DNA of 55,389 bases, taken from NCBI GenBank assembly GCA_902792835.1, contig CADBAZ010000004.1, forward strand, positions 1 to 55,389, in the 5' to 3' direction. The DNA is from an uncultured Bacteroidales bacterium (GTDB lineage Bacteria > Bacteroidota > Bacteroidia > Bacteroidales > Paludibacteraceae). The translations under genes were made by a program, and so were the position numbers. The notes beneath the pieces are model-generated. The model did not search any database and was not told the origin of the DNA. It saw only the letters and a program-made list of their open reading frames with translations. Every line of letters starts with the position of its first letter. The first letter of the stretch is position 1. Shown piece after piece: positions 26,915 to 34,583 of this stretch.

Positions 26915-26922
26915 CAAAGTTA
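26915..26922 (-). promoter_or_regulatory. -7 box (TAACTTTG on minus strand) for the nucleotidyltransferase/glycogen operon
   Basis: Plus text cctaCAAAGTTAcaaataattttt. Confidence 0.55.
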
Positions 26923-27005
26923 CAAATAATTTTTCAATTATGCAAATATTTGCGCAAAATAGTTCGAAATATTCCGAAATATTTGCATTTTTCATTAAAA
27001 AGTCG

Positions 27006-27013
27006 TATCTTTG
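27006..27013 (+). promoter_or_regulatory. -7 box TATCTTTG reading toward the GldD-like gene
   Basis: aaaaagtcgTATCTTTGcaccg, about 40 nt upstream of 27054. Confidence 0.5.
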
Positions 27014-27053
27014 CACCGAAAATCCATCTAAAATAGATTTTAATTGTCTTTAA

Positions 27054-27665
27054 TTGTTGACTAAAAAATCCTACATATTATTCTTTGTGGCTTGTACCCT
27101 TCTCTCCTGCTCGCGCCCCTCGCAGCCGCTGCCGTACGGTTACTACCGTATCGACATCCCCGACTACGGCTACCACTCCACGTCCCTGCCGAGCTACCCC
27201 TACCGCTTTGAGTTTGCGGACATAGCCGTTATCGACACCCGTGTGGATAACGCCGCTGCGGTCGTCAAACCCGATGAAGGCGAGCAGTTCTGGCTGGACG
27301 TCGTCTATCCCACCCTCAACGCGCGCATACATTGTAGTTATAAGCCCATCAACCCCAGGTCAATGACCAATCTTGGTCATTTAACCGACGAAAGCATCCG
27401 TATGGTCTTCGACCACGCCATCAAGGCGGACGCTATCCCCGAGCAAGGCTACACCAACCCCGAAGCCCGCGTCTATGGCGTCTATTACGACCTCGAGGGC
27501 AACACCGCATCGCCCGTGCAGTTCTTTCTGACCGACTCCACGCGGCACTTCTTCCGCGCTGCCCTGTACTACAAGTGCATCCCCAACGCTGACTCTCTTG
27601 CTCCTGTCAACGAAGTCATGCGCCGCGACATCCACCACCTGATCGAGTCCTTCCGTTGGCAGTAA
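27054..27665 (+). CDS. GldD-like lipoprotein (gliding-motility/T9SS-associated lipoprotein family)
   Basis: 203 aa with an apparent TTG start. Lipobox LLSC. PYGYYRIDIP near the N-terminus and C-terminal FFLTDSTRHFFRAALYYKCIPNADSLAPV...W resemble GldD as I remember the family. Confidence 0.5.
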   Translation: MLTKKSYILFFVACTLLSCSRPSQPLPYGYYRIDIPDYGYHSTSLPSYPYRFEFADIAVIDTRVDNAAAVVKPDEGEQFWLDVVYPTLNARIHCSYKPINPRSMTNLGHLTDESIRMVFDHAIKADAIPEQGYTNPEARVYGVYYDLEGNTASPVQFFLTDSTRHFFRAALYYKCIPNADSLAPVNEVMRRDIHHLIESFRWQ

Positions 27666-27753
27666 GTTGCGCGCATATTCCTCGATTTACGTTACATTTA
27701 TCATATTATTGCGCACTTTTTGCAAATAAATTTGCATATCTCGATTTTTTTTG

Positions 27754-27761
27754 TAACTTTG
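27754..27761 (+). promoter_or_regulatory. -7 box TAACTTTG with T8 run for the truncated AlbA_2-type gene
   Basis: tcgattttttttgTAACTTTGcag. Confidence 0.55.
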
Positions 27762-27784
27762 CAGTTGATTAGCATTAAGAGAAA

Positions 27785-27955
27785 ATGTATACCATTGAGG
27801 ACATACAGACCATGCCGGAGGGACAAACTTTCGACTGCAAGAGCATCCAAGTGAGTGCCAAATCGCTGGTTATACCCATCGTAGCCATGGCTAATGCCGA
27901 TGGTGGCGTGTTGGCTGTCGGTGTGTCGGTGATAAAGGTGGTCATTGGGAGATAA
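27785..27955 (+). pseudogene. 5' fragment (56 codons) of an AlbA_2/Schlafen-type putative DNA-binding ATPase-regulator gene, truncated by AT-rich foreign DNA
   Basis: Hand translation: MYTIEDIQTMPEGQTFDCKSIQVSAKSLVIPIVAMANADGGVLAVGVSVIKVVIGR*. The E.QT.(D/E)(C/F)K...A(F/M)ANADGG.L..GV pattern is the N-terminus of AlbA_2 domain proteins, which are normally over 400 aa. Base composition drops abruptly after about 27950. Confidence 0.55.
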
Positions 27956-28304
27956 TTGAATAACAACCAACTGTCAAGAATTACTTGACAAATCGAAATG
28001 TTGTCCTTTCTACCGAGACAAGTGGACTCCTATTTTTTCACTTGGTTTGAGTGTGTTTAAGAACTAATTGTTTGAAAAGATCATAGCCAATGCCACTAAG
28101 TAGTATTTTGCAGATAGTTAAAAAAAGTAGATTTAAATTCATACGTTTAGATATTTAAAGATTAATTAACATTGTGCACGTAAGGTTCTTTATCCTTTAC
28201 ACTCAAAACAAAGATAAGTCAAATATTTGACATTTGCAAGAAACTTAAACATTCTTTAAGACATCGTTAATAAATTTGTAATAATGATAATTAATAGGAC
28301 AGAT

Positions 28305-28910
28305 ATGAAAAAACTAGTTTTGATTGCTTGGTTCATGTTGTGTTGTTTATCTATGATTGCACAAACGAAATTCTCCGGAGTCGTAATTAATCAAAAGTTT
28401 AGCGATCTGGTTAAGCAACTGAACACTAAATACACTTTGGTTGAGCCCAATTACGAAGACTGCAAAACGAAAGGCTATGATACTTATGTTATGCATCGGT
28501 ACTATGTCAATTTTTTAGGAGAAGACAATACAGAACTGATTGTATATCCAAATTTCAACGAAAAGGATGCCGTAGAAAGAATTTCTATACATACGCCTTA
28601 TTGGTGTTATACGGAACTAAAGGATGATAAATGCGAAACCAGCCTTAGAGCATATATGCAACATCTCAAAAGTACTTATGAAAACAAATACGGTGCGGCT
28701 GTTGTGGAAGTTGAGACTAATGATTATTCAACAAAGATTCACAATAAATGGGACTTGAACGATGTGATTATTGATATCATTCTTTACGAGCCTAATAATC
28801 ATCCCGCTAATAATGTGTTGCATGCATCTATGAGAATATCTGTTGAATATATTGTGAAATATAAACTAATTAAGAATAAAGGGAAAGATGTTTCTATTGA
28901 TGATATTTAA
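28305..28910 (+). CDS. Secreted hypothetical protein (AT-rich cassette gene 1)
   Basis: Signal peptide MKKLVLIAWFMLCCLSMIAQ (ATG 28305 within track ORF 28284..28910). No recognisable domain. Visibly AT-rich codon usage unlike the flanks. Confidence 0.5.
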   Translation: MKKLVLIAWFMLCCLSMIAQTKFSGVVINQKFSDLVKQLNTKYTLVEPNYEDCKTKGYDTYVMHRYYVNFLGEDNTELIVYPNFNEKDAVERISIHTPYWCYTELKDDKCETSLRAYMQHLKSTYENKYGAAVVEVETNDYSTKIHNKWDLNDVIIDIILYEPNNHPANNVLHASMRISVEYIVKYKLIKNKGKDVSIDDI

Positions 28911-28966
28911 TTATGCTGATACCCAATTATTCTCAAAAGGGCACATACTTTGGACATGAATAATTA

Positions 28967-29758
28967 ATGAAACGCCTATTCCCCATATTACTAATTGTCT
29001 TTTCTTCTTGCACACATCACACCTACAATTGGGTGCAAGAATTGGAAAGCAAGAATCCACTTAAAGATAGCACTAACTACATAAGTGTCTATTTCCGCTT
29101 CGATACGATCATCAACGATTTTGAGGTTAGCGGTATTCTCTATCCGTACTATTCTGACAAAACCGGTTGGAGCGACATAGAGAATGGCGTTCGGCTATTT
29201 TTCCGTTCTTGCAAAACAGGCAAAGAATATGTTTGGACGGATTTTGATGAATCGTGCCATTGTTTTAGGAATGTATTCATGAGCAAGAATGTATATGACA
29301 TTGTACATTCCGAGGGGTTTAGCGGTTTCAAGAATGGCGACACATACATTTTCTGTTACGACACCTACCAAAGCGAAAATGCTCTGAATCCGTTCTACCC
29401 AAACGCTGAATATCAGTTCTATGATATAGACTTCGACGGAGATAGTGAACTGCTGCTCAATTACTATCACGGAGGGCCGAAGGGTGGTTTAATGTCTGAA
29501 CCGTACAAGATTACAGATACAGCACTTGTGCTAATTACTCCGATAGGAGATACTTCCGTATTTGGTTTTGATGAAAACACCACTATTAATCCGGACAACA
29601 AAACAATTACAAACGTCCTTTATAGCGGTATGTGTGAATGGGGGACTTACTGCTACCAATATGATGAGAAAGGCGACTTATATCCGCTATATAGCGTTGA
29701 CAGCTATTTGAACCTAACACAAGATTCTATTATTTCCGACACTACTTTCTACAAATGA
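28967..29758 (+). CDS. Hypothetical lipoprotein (AT-rich cassette gene 2)
   Basis: Lipobox IVFSSC. Contains an FYDIDFDGDSELLL acidic motif. No family recognised. Confidence 0.5.
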   Translation: MKRLFPILLIVFSSCTHHTYNWVQELESKNPLKDSTNYISVYFRFDTIINDFEVSGILYPYYSDKTGWSDIENGVRLFFRSCKTGKEYVWTDFDESCHCFRNVFMSKNVYDIVHSEGFSGFKNGDTYIFCYDTYQSENALNPFYPNAEYQFYDIDFDGDSELLLNYYHGGPKGGLMSEPYKITDTALVLITPIGDTSVFGFDENTTINPDNKTITNVLYSGMCEWGTYCYQYDEKGDLYPLYSVDSYLNLTQDSIISDTTFYK

Positions 29759-29776
29759 TGTTAACAAGGTGTTCTA

Positions 29777-30880
29777 ATGGAAACCGATAGAATCATATTA
29801 CGACCGTGGCGGGAGAGTGATGCGGAGGCGTTGTACATGTACGCGTCTGATCCGGATGTAGGACCTCGTGCCGGATGGCCACCGCACAAGAGCGTGGAAG
29901 AAAGTCTGGAGATTATACGGACAATCTTTCACAATGATCATACATGGGCGATAGAATGGAAACAGACCGGCGAAGCTTTCGGTTGCATGGGCTACTACTT
30001 GCCGGGCGAGAGCAATATAGAGATCGGCGAACATGATGCCGAGATCGGTTACTGGATCGCCAAACCCTATTGGAACCAAGGAATATGCACAGAAGCATTG
30101 CGTTTGATGATTGACTACTGTCTACATGAGCAGCATTTCAAGGTGCTGTGGTGTGACTGCTTTGTAGATAATCCTGCCTCCGAGCGAGTGATGCTTAAAT
30201 GTGGCTTCCGTGATACCGGCGCATTTAATCTGTGCAGCCATCTTTACCGTGGCGATGACCGACTGGTGAAGATTATGCGATTGAACCGGCTCCCTAAGAT
30301 CCTGTTCCTACATGGCTTTTACGCAAGCGGGCAATGTGTGCCGGCTATTGCATTACGCGAAGCCTTCGCAGGGAGGGCAGAGGTACTGACACCGGACTTA
30401 CCTATGCATCCTGAAGATGCGCTGCGCTTCATTCGCGAACTGATAGATAGTGAGAAGCCTGACTTGCTCGTAGGGAACAGTTGTGGCTCTTTTTATGCGC
30501 AGATGATTGCTCCGGTCGCAGGTATTCCGGCTTTGCTTGGTAATCCGCATTTCCGGATGTCGGAGTTTCTAAGGCAGCGCATAGGTCAGCATGAATACAA
30601 ATCGCCACGCGAGGACGGCAGGCAATCATTCGTTATTGATGAAGCCTTGGTTGGTGAGTTTGCCGCATTGGAGGCAACACAATTCGCCAACTGCGATCCT
30701 CAATTCAGCGATCGCGTATGGGGATTATTCGGCGAGCAAGATACCTTGGCGCATTTCGAACCGCTCTTCTTGGAGCACTACAGTCATTCCTTCCATTTTC
30801 CCGGCGGACATACTCCCACCGCCGACGAAGTCCGCAATTGGTATGTGCCACTGGCAGAAAAGATGCTAATAGAATTTTGA
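29777..30880 (+). CDS. Two-domain protein: N-terminal GNAT N-acetyltransferase (RimJ/RimL-like) fused to a C-terminal YqiA/UPF0227-like alpha/beta-hydrolase (esterase)
   Basis: Residues 1-175: DRIILRPWRESDAEALY...IGYWIAKPYWNQGICTEAL...ASERVMLKCGF (GNAT A/B motifs). Residues about 180-367: ILFLHGFYASG...LVGNSCGSFYA (G-x-S-x-G) ...HFPGGH. Confidence 0.72.
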   Translation: METDRIILRPWRESDAEALYMYASDPDVGPRAGWPPHKSVEESLEIIRTIFHNDHTWAIEWKQTGEAFGCMGYYLPGESNIEIGEHDAEIGYWIAKPYWNQGICTEALRLMIDYCLHEQHFKVLWCDCFVDNPASERVMLKCGFRDTGAFNLCSHLYRGDDRLVKIMRLNRLPKILFLHGFYASGQCVPAIALREAFAGRAEVLTPDLPMHPEDALRFIRELIDSEKPDLLVGNSCGSFYAQMIAPVAGIPALLGNPHFRMSEFLRQRIGQHEYKSPREDGRQSFVIDEALVGEFAALEATQFANCDPQFSDRVWGLFGEQDTLAHFEPLFLEHYSHSFHFPGGHTPTADEVRNWYVPLAEKMLIEF

Positions 30881-31263
30881 CCTCCATAGAAGTGCTTGTA
30901 GTCCTTTCTGTCAGGCGGGAACATGGCGCGGTACTCGGCGTACTTCCGTTTCCAAATGTCGGCTTGCTCTCTGTCTTCCTCTCCGTATTCCTCCGGATGA
31001 TAGCACACATGCTCAATGTCGTGCGCCATCCTTTGCGCGGCTTTGATCATCTCCCTGTTCCGCGTCGCACCTTCTGACCATGCGCCTTCAGGGAAATGGT
31101 ACGTATATACCAAGTGCACCTTACTTCCGTCCTCATCGATCCACTTCTCGCCCCAATAATGCCACTTGCATACCAACCGTGCCCGATTAGCCTGCCCTTC
31201 CTTCACTTCATCCAGCGCTCCCCGCACCGTGTCAATTCCATCTACAAATGTTACTCTTGCCAT
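30784..31263 (-). CDS. Hypothetical protein, probably 3'-truncated; its last ~32 codons read antisense through the GNAT-hydrolase gene
   Basis: 159-aa track ORF. 97-nt convergent overlap with 29777..30880. The C-terminal tail NSISIFSASGTYQLRTSSAVGVCPPGKWKE looks non-native. Confidence 0.4.
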   Translation of the reverse strand: MARVTFVDGIDTVRGALDEVKEGQANRARLVCKWHYWGEKWIDEDGSKVHLVYTYHFPEGAWSEGATRNREMIKAAQRMAHDIEHVCYHPEEYGEEDREQADIWKRKYAEYRAMFPPDRKDYKHFYGGQNSISIFSASGTYQLRTSSAVGVCPPGKWKE

Positions 31264-31480
31264 CTTCTGTTTTGTTTGTTGTGTCGGATGCTATCCGACG
31301 ATTAATAATTGTCTTGAATAGTCTTTAATTGTTGACTGATTGAATCCCCATCCATTATCGATCCGTTGTCGTGGTAATCCTAGACTTTAGTCCTACCCAC
31401 ACCCCACTCACACCCTAACATCACCCTTCCTTGCTTTGCTTCTTCGAGTTCCACCGACTGACAGTCGGCTTTTACATCGC

Positions 31481-31505
31481 GTGAGGCGAGTGAGGCTAAT
31501 GAGGC
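31481..31505. repeat. Three direct TGAGGC(T) copies at 9-bp spacing (coordinates +/-1)
   Basis: cgcgTGAGGCgagTGAGGCTaaTGAGGCTaac. Confidence 0.75.
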
Positions 31506-31540
31506 TAACTCCGCATACTACTATCTTTCAGCGCGTTACA

Positions 31541-31585
31541 TAGCCTCATCTTAGCCTCATTTACCTACTTAGCCTCATTAGCCTC
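31541..31585. repeat. Four AGCCTCA copies (inverse of TGAGGCT) ending at the DUF3987 stop codon (coordinates +/-1)
   Basis: catAGCCTCAtcttAGCCTCAtttacctacttAGCCTCAttAGCCTCAac. Confidence 0.75.
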
Positions 31586-32930
31586 AACTTATTTTTTTGT
31601 ACATTCCGCGTTGAATTCGGCAGATTTTCCCCTCAGTCAGCCATCTCTCGTTCCAGCGTTGCGCTGTTGCTCGCGATATACCCTGCACCTTCGCTTCCGT
31701 CAGCAGTTCTTGGTGTTCATACTCCCCTCCCAGCCTCTCGTACAACATCTGCTTCTGGCAGCTCGTCTCCACCTGTGGCACCAACTCCGCCCTCTCCCCT
31801 TCTATCATCTTATACGCCACCGCCGCATGCAGTATCAACTTCCCGCCGATCATCTCCGCCGCCTCATAGTCCTCGTCGCTACAATAAATAGTATCGACCA
31901 AGCTTGGGCGATCTTTGTCTCCGCTTTCTACATAGTCTGTTTTCTGTATTCTGTCAGTGCAACGGTCTGTATTCTGTATCCGCATCGCCGTCAGTATCAT
32001 AGCTATCCTCTCTATCTGCACAGCCATCCTCACTACTGCCGAGTGGAAGTTCTCGCCAAGCATGCTAATGAGTGCCTTGTACTCGGTGCTTAGATGGGAG
32101 GCGAGACGCGACTTCTGCGCCGATGTGAGCGACCACTCCTGTTCGGGTTGGCAGTAGAGCCGGGTGCAGAGGTTGGTGAGTTGCTGACCGACTTGTCGGC
32201 TGACGGGTTCAGTCGGGGCAGCGGCTTCGACGTAACGGCTGTTGAAGGGTTGCGTGTCGCGTACGATAAGCGGTAACAGACGTGAGAAGTAACCGTTCTC
32301 GATGCTCGGCACGAGGTGATGGTACTGACTGAACGTGCCGGTAAGCAATACCGACAACTGCGGGCAAGGAATGACCTGCATCTCCTTGACGCGGTTATGG
32401 CTGACCTGTTCATGTTCGGCAGCCTTGCGGAGGATGGAGTTGTAAGTGGCGGCTTGCGACTTCCAGATGTCGGTGATCACCGAGCCTTCGCTCTCGTGGA
32501 CATAGCCGTGACCGCCGTTCTCGTACAGCCGCTTAAAGAACGCAGGGAAGGTGCTGTCGCCCGGAATAAGTGTCGGGTAGATGTCTTCCACGGGTTGGAT
32601 CATCTCCAAGGCTTGGTTGGCGATACCTTTGCCGCTGGCAGCCGCAGCAAGGATGAAACATTGCAGGTTGGCGTAATACCGCTTGCCCGTCATGCCGTAG
32701 CGGAAGTACAGGTTCGGCAGACAGGCACTGGTGGCAGTGAGTGTAGCCATGAGCAGCATGTCCCGCTCGGCTGGTGTAGCAGCTTGCGCGAGCATCTTCT
32801 GCAACGGCTCAGGCAAAGTAGCAAGGTTCAGGTACTCGACGATACGAAGATCGTCCATGTCTTCAACATTTGGTTGAGTGCTTACCATAGTCAATTGGCT
32901 TGAAGTTTTTGATTGTTGTAATTGAATCAT
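31584..32930 (-). CDS. DUF3987-domain protein (YfjI/P4-alpha-associated family, mobile-element replication/primase-helicase-associated)
   Basis: 448-aa track ORF. Central region ...YANLQCFILAAAASGKGIANQ...VHESEGSVITD...VLLTGTFSQ... fits my memory of DUF3987 proteins of Bacteroidales mobile elements. C-terminal HTH-like RATAQRWNERW. Confidence 0.6.
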   Translation of the reverse strand: MIQLQQSKTSSQLTMVSTQPNVEDMDDLRIVEYLNLATLPEPLQKMLAQAATPAERDMLLMATLTATSACLPNLYFRYGMTGKRYYANLQCFILAAAASGKGIANQALEMIQPVEDIYPTLIPGDSTFPAFFKRLYENGGHGYVHESEGSVITDIWKSQAATYNSILRKAAEHEQVSHNRVKEMQVIPCPQLSVLLTGTFSQYHHLVPSIENGYFSRLLPLIVRDTQPFNSRYVEAAAPTEPVSRQVGQQLTNLCTRLYCQPEQEWSLTSAQKSRLASHLSTEYKALISMLGENFHSAVVRMAVQIERIAMILTAMRIQNTDRCTDRIQKTDYVESGDKDRPSLVDTIYCSDEDYEAAEMIGGKLILHAAVAYKMIEGERAELVPQVETSCQKQMLYERLGGEYEHQELLTEAKVQGISRATAQRWNERWLTEGKICRIQRGMYKKIS

Positions 32931-32998
32931 ACATTAAAATTTAAGTTTATATATTGTCGCTTGCGCGACGTTAATTAGTTGGTTTCAAAAACCGGATG

Positions 32999-33006
32999 CA
33001 AAGATA
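32999..33006 (-). promoter_or_regulatory. -7 box (TATCTTTG on minus strand) for the DUF3987 gene
   Basis: Plus text tgCAAAGATAcaacaaaaag. Confidence 0.5.
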
Positions 33007-33049
33007 CAACAAAAAGTGTCCTTTTGCAAGGACGTTTTTGTCACTTGGC

Positions 33050-33069
33050 GTCACGTGACGTCACGTGAC
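33050..33069. promoter_or_regulatory. Perfect 20-bp palindrome GTCACGTGACGTCACGTGAC (two tandem GTCACGTGAC palindromes), candidate operator
   Basis: Read directly. An extra GTCAC half-site lies at 33040-33044 and a GTCCTTttgcAAGGAC hairpin at 33018-33033. Confidence 0.5.
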
Positions 33070-33122
33070 ACTTTTTTATGCAATTTTATAGTAAATTTAG
33101 CAAAGTTTTTCGAAATCCGCTA

Positions 33123-33130
33123 CAAAGATA
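33123..33130 (-). promoter_or_regulatory. Orphan -7 box (TATCTTTG on minus strand) pointing leftwards toward the 20-bp palindrome
   Basis: Plus text gctaCAAAGATAcgtt. No ORF follows. Confidence 0.35.
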
Positions 33131-33225
33131 CGTTAAACATTTTGTGTTTACCAAATCTTTTGGCACATTTTTGCATTTTCTGTCACTTTTTTGCTCTCCG
33201 GTTTGCATATGTCATTTTTTTTTTG

Positions 33226-33233
33226 TATCTTTG
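33226..33233 (+). promoter_or_regulatory. -7 box TATCTTTG with T10 run for guanine deaminase
   Basis: gtcattttttttttgTATCTTTGcagcg. Confidence 0.55.
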
Positions 33234-33316
33234 CAGCGATTTTATATTTATATACTTTTGCGCGCAAAGCGAATTCGCTCCGAGCTGACACATAAAAAGT
33301 AATCAAAAAACATATC

Positions 33317-34582
33317 ATGAAAATCTATAAAGCACACATTCTCTTCACGAAAGAGCGTACGCAGTTTGAGGTAATCGAGAACGGATATATTGCTGTTGAC
33401 GGCGGCAAGGTGGTCGGTGTATATGAGCAGTTGCCCGATGCTCTTCAAGATCTGCCGGTAACGGACTTCGGCGACAAACTGCTTATTCCTGCCATGAACG
33501 ATATGCACGTACATGCCCCGCAGTACCGGAATCAAGGCATAGCTATGGATCTGGAACTGTTGCCGTGGCTGCAGAACTACACCTTCCCCGAAGAAAGCAA
33601 ATATGCGGATACTAAGTATGCCGAACGGATGTATCGGCGATTTGTGCGCGATCTGTGGCGTTTCGGTACAATGCGCACCGTAGCGTTTGCGACCGTTCAC
33701 CGCGACAGCACACGCCTGCTGATGAACCTGTTCCGCGAGGCAAAGATGGGTGCTATGGTAGGCAAGGTGGATATGAACCGCAACTGCCCCGATGCACTGA
33801 CGGAAACGGTCGAGGACGCTATCCGTGACAACGAGGCGCTGATTGCCGACTGCAGCGATCCGGATGCACTCGTCAAACCGATCATCACCCCGCGGTTTGT
33901 GCCGTCATGTACGCCCGAACTGCTGCAAGCCTGCGGCGATCTGGCGCGCAAGTACCGACTGCCGGTACAGTCGCACCTGTCGGAGAACCGTAACGAGATA
34001 GCGTGGGTGCAGGAGTTAGAGCCCGAGAGCAAGCACTACGGCGACGCGTACCGCCGTTACGGACTGTTCGGCGATACACCGACGATCATGGCGCACTGCG
34101 TATGGACGGACGGCGAGGAGCTTGAACTGATGCGCGAAAAACAGGTGATGGTAGCTCACTGCCCGACCAGTAACCTTAATTTAGCTTCCGGCATGTCACC
34201 CATCCGGGTGTTCCTCAACAAGGGTGTGCCTGTAGGTCTGGGCAGCGACATCAGCGGCGGACATGACCTGAGCATCTTCAAGATGATGGTGTATGCCGTG
34301 CAGGTGAGCAAGATGCGTTACTGCCAGGACAAGAACCTTGTGTTCCTCACCCTGCCGGAGATATTCTGGATAGCCACAAAATCTGCCGGACAGTTCTTCG
34401 GTAAAGTCGGCAGTTTTGAGCCCGGATATGAGTTCGACGCACTGGTGATTGACGACAAGGATCTCAACCACGACAACTACAGCCTGCTGCACCGCTTGGA
34501 GCGGTTCATCTATATCGGCGATGACCGGCAGATCGTTCACCGATTCTGCCGCGGACAAGAGATTGCCGAGCCGAAACTGTAG
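33317..34582 (+). CDS. guaD: Guanine deaminase (amidohydrolase superfamily)
   Basis: 421 aa. MNDMHVHAPQY metal-binding HxH motif, later SHLSEN and GLGSDISGG motifs typical of guanine deaminases. Confidence 0.78.
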   Translation: MKIYKAHILFTKERTQFEVIENGYIAVDGGKVVGVYEQLPDALQDLPVTDFGDKLLIPAMNDMHVHAPQYRNQGIAMDLELLPWLQNYTFPEESKYADTKYAERMYRRFVRDLWRFGTMRTVAFATVHRDSTRLLMNLFREAKMGAMVGKVDMNRNCPDALTETVEDAIRDNEALIADCSDPDALVKPIITPRFVPSCTPELLQACGDLARKYRLPVQSHLSENRNEIAWVQELEPESKHYGDAYRRYGLFGDTPTIMAHCVWTDGEELELMREKQVMVAHCPTSNLNLASGMSPIRVFLNKGVPVGLGSDISGGHDLSIFKMMVYAVQVSKMRYCQDKNLVFLTLPEIFWIATKSAGQFFGKVGSFEPGYEFDALVIDDKDLNHDNYSLLHRLERFIYIGDDRQIVHRFCRGQEIAEPKL

Positions 34583-34583
34583 T

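Larger units (their letters stand above)
30881..33006 (-). mobile_element. Remnant of an integrative/mobilizable-element-like module (truncated hypothetical gene, iteron-like arrays, DUF3987 gene and its promoter); no integrase, relaxase or excisionase in the window
   Basis: DUF3987-type genes are, to my knowledge, typical of Bacteroidales integrative mobilizable elements and P4-like satellites. Both sides show truncated neighbours. Confidence 0.4.

Noticed and set aside
31340-31380. Possible tRNA fragment or att site (TTGAATCCCC resembles a T-loop with acceptor 3' half) next to the 22-nt repeat.
   Set aside because: I could build no T-arm stem or acceptor pairing. The similarity is limited to about 9 nt.
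31306-32881. Apparent frameshift in the DUF3987 gene. In my reading of the printed sequence an extra C at the 32880/32881 line junction breaks the frame after codon 16. Track ORF coordinates between about 31610 and 32880 are 1 nt higher than the printed numbering.
   Set aside because: The ORF track reports one continuous 448-aa ORF, and its translations (MVSTQPN; LSAYHSQLA on the other strand) require the sequence without that C. I cannot tell whether this is my misreading or a discrepancy between the text and the track. I therefore followed the track and flagged +/-1 uncertainty instead of calling a pseudogene.
33217-33226. T9-T10 homopolymer runs upstream of -7 boxes (3535-3543, 33217-33226, 40646-40654, 40886-40894) as phase-variation tracts.
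   Set aside because: The same T-run plus TAnnTTTG arrangement recurs at many housekeeping promoters here. It looks like a normal upstream promoter element of this lineage, and a single sequence gives no evidence of length heterogeneity.
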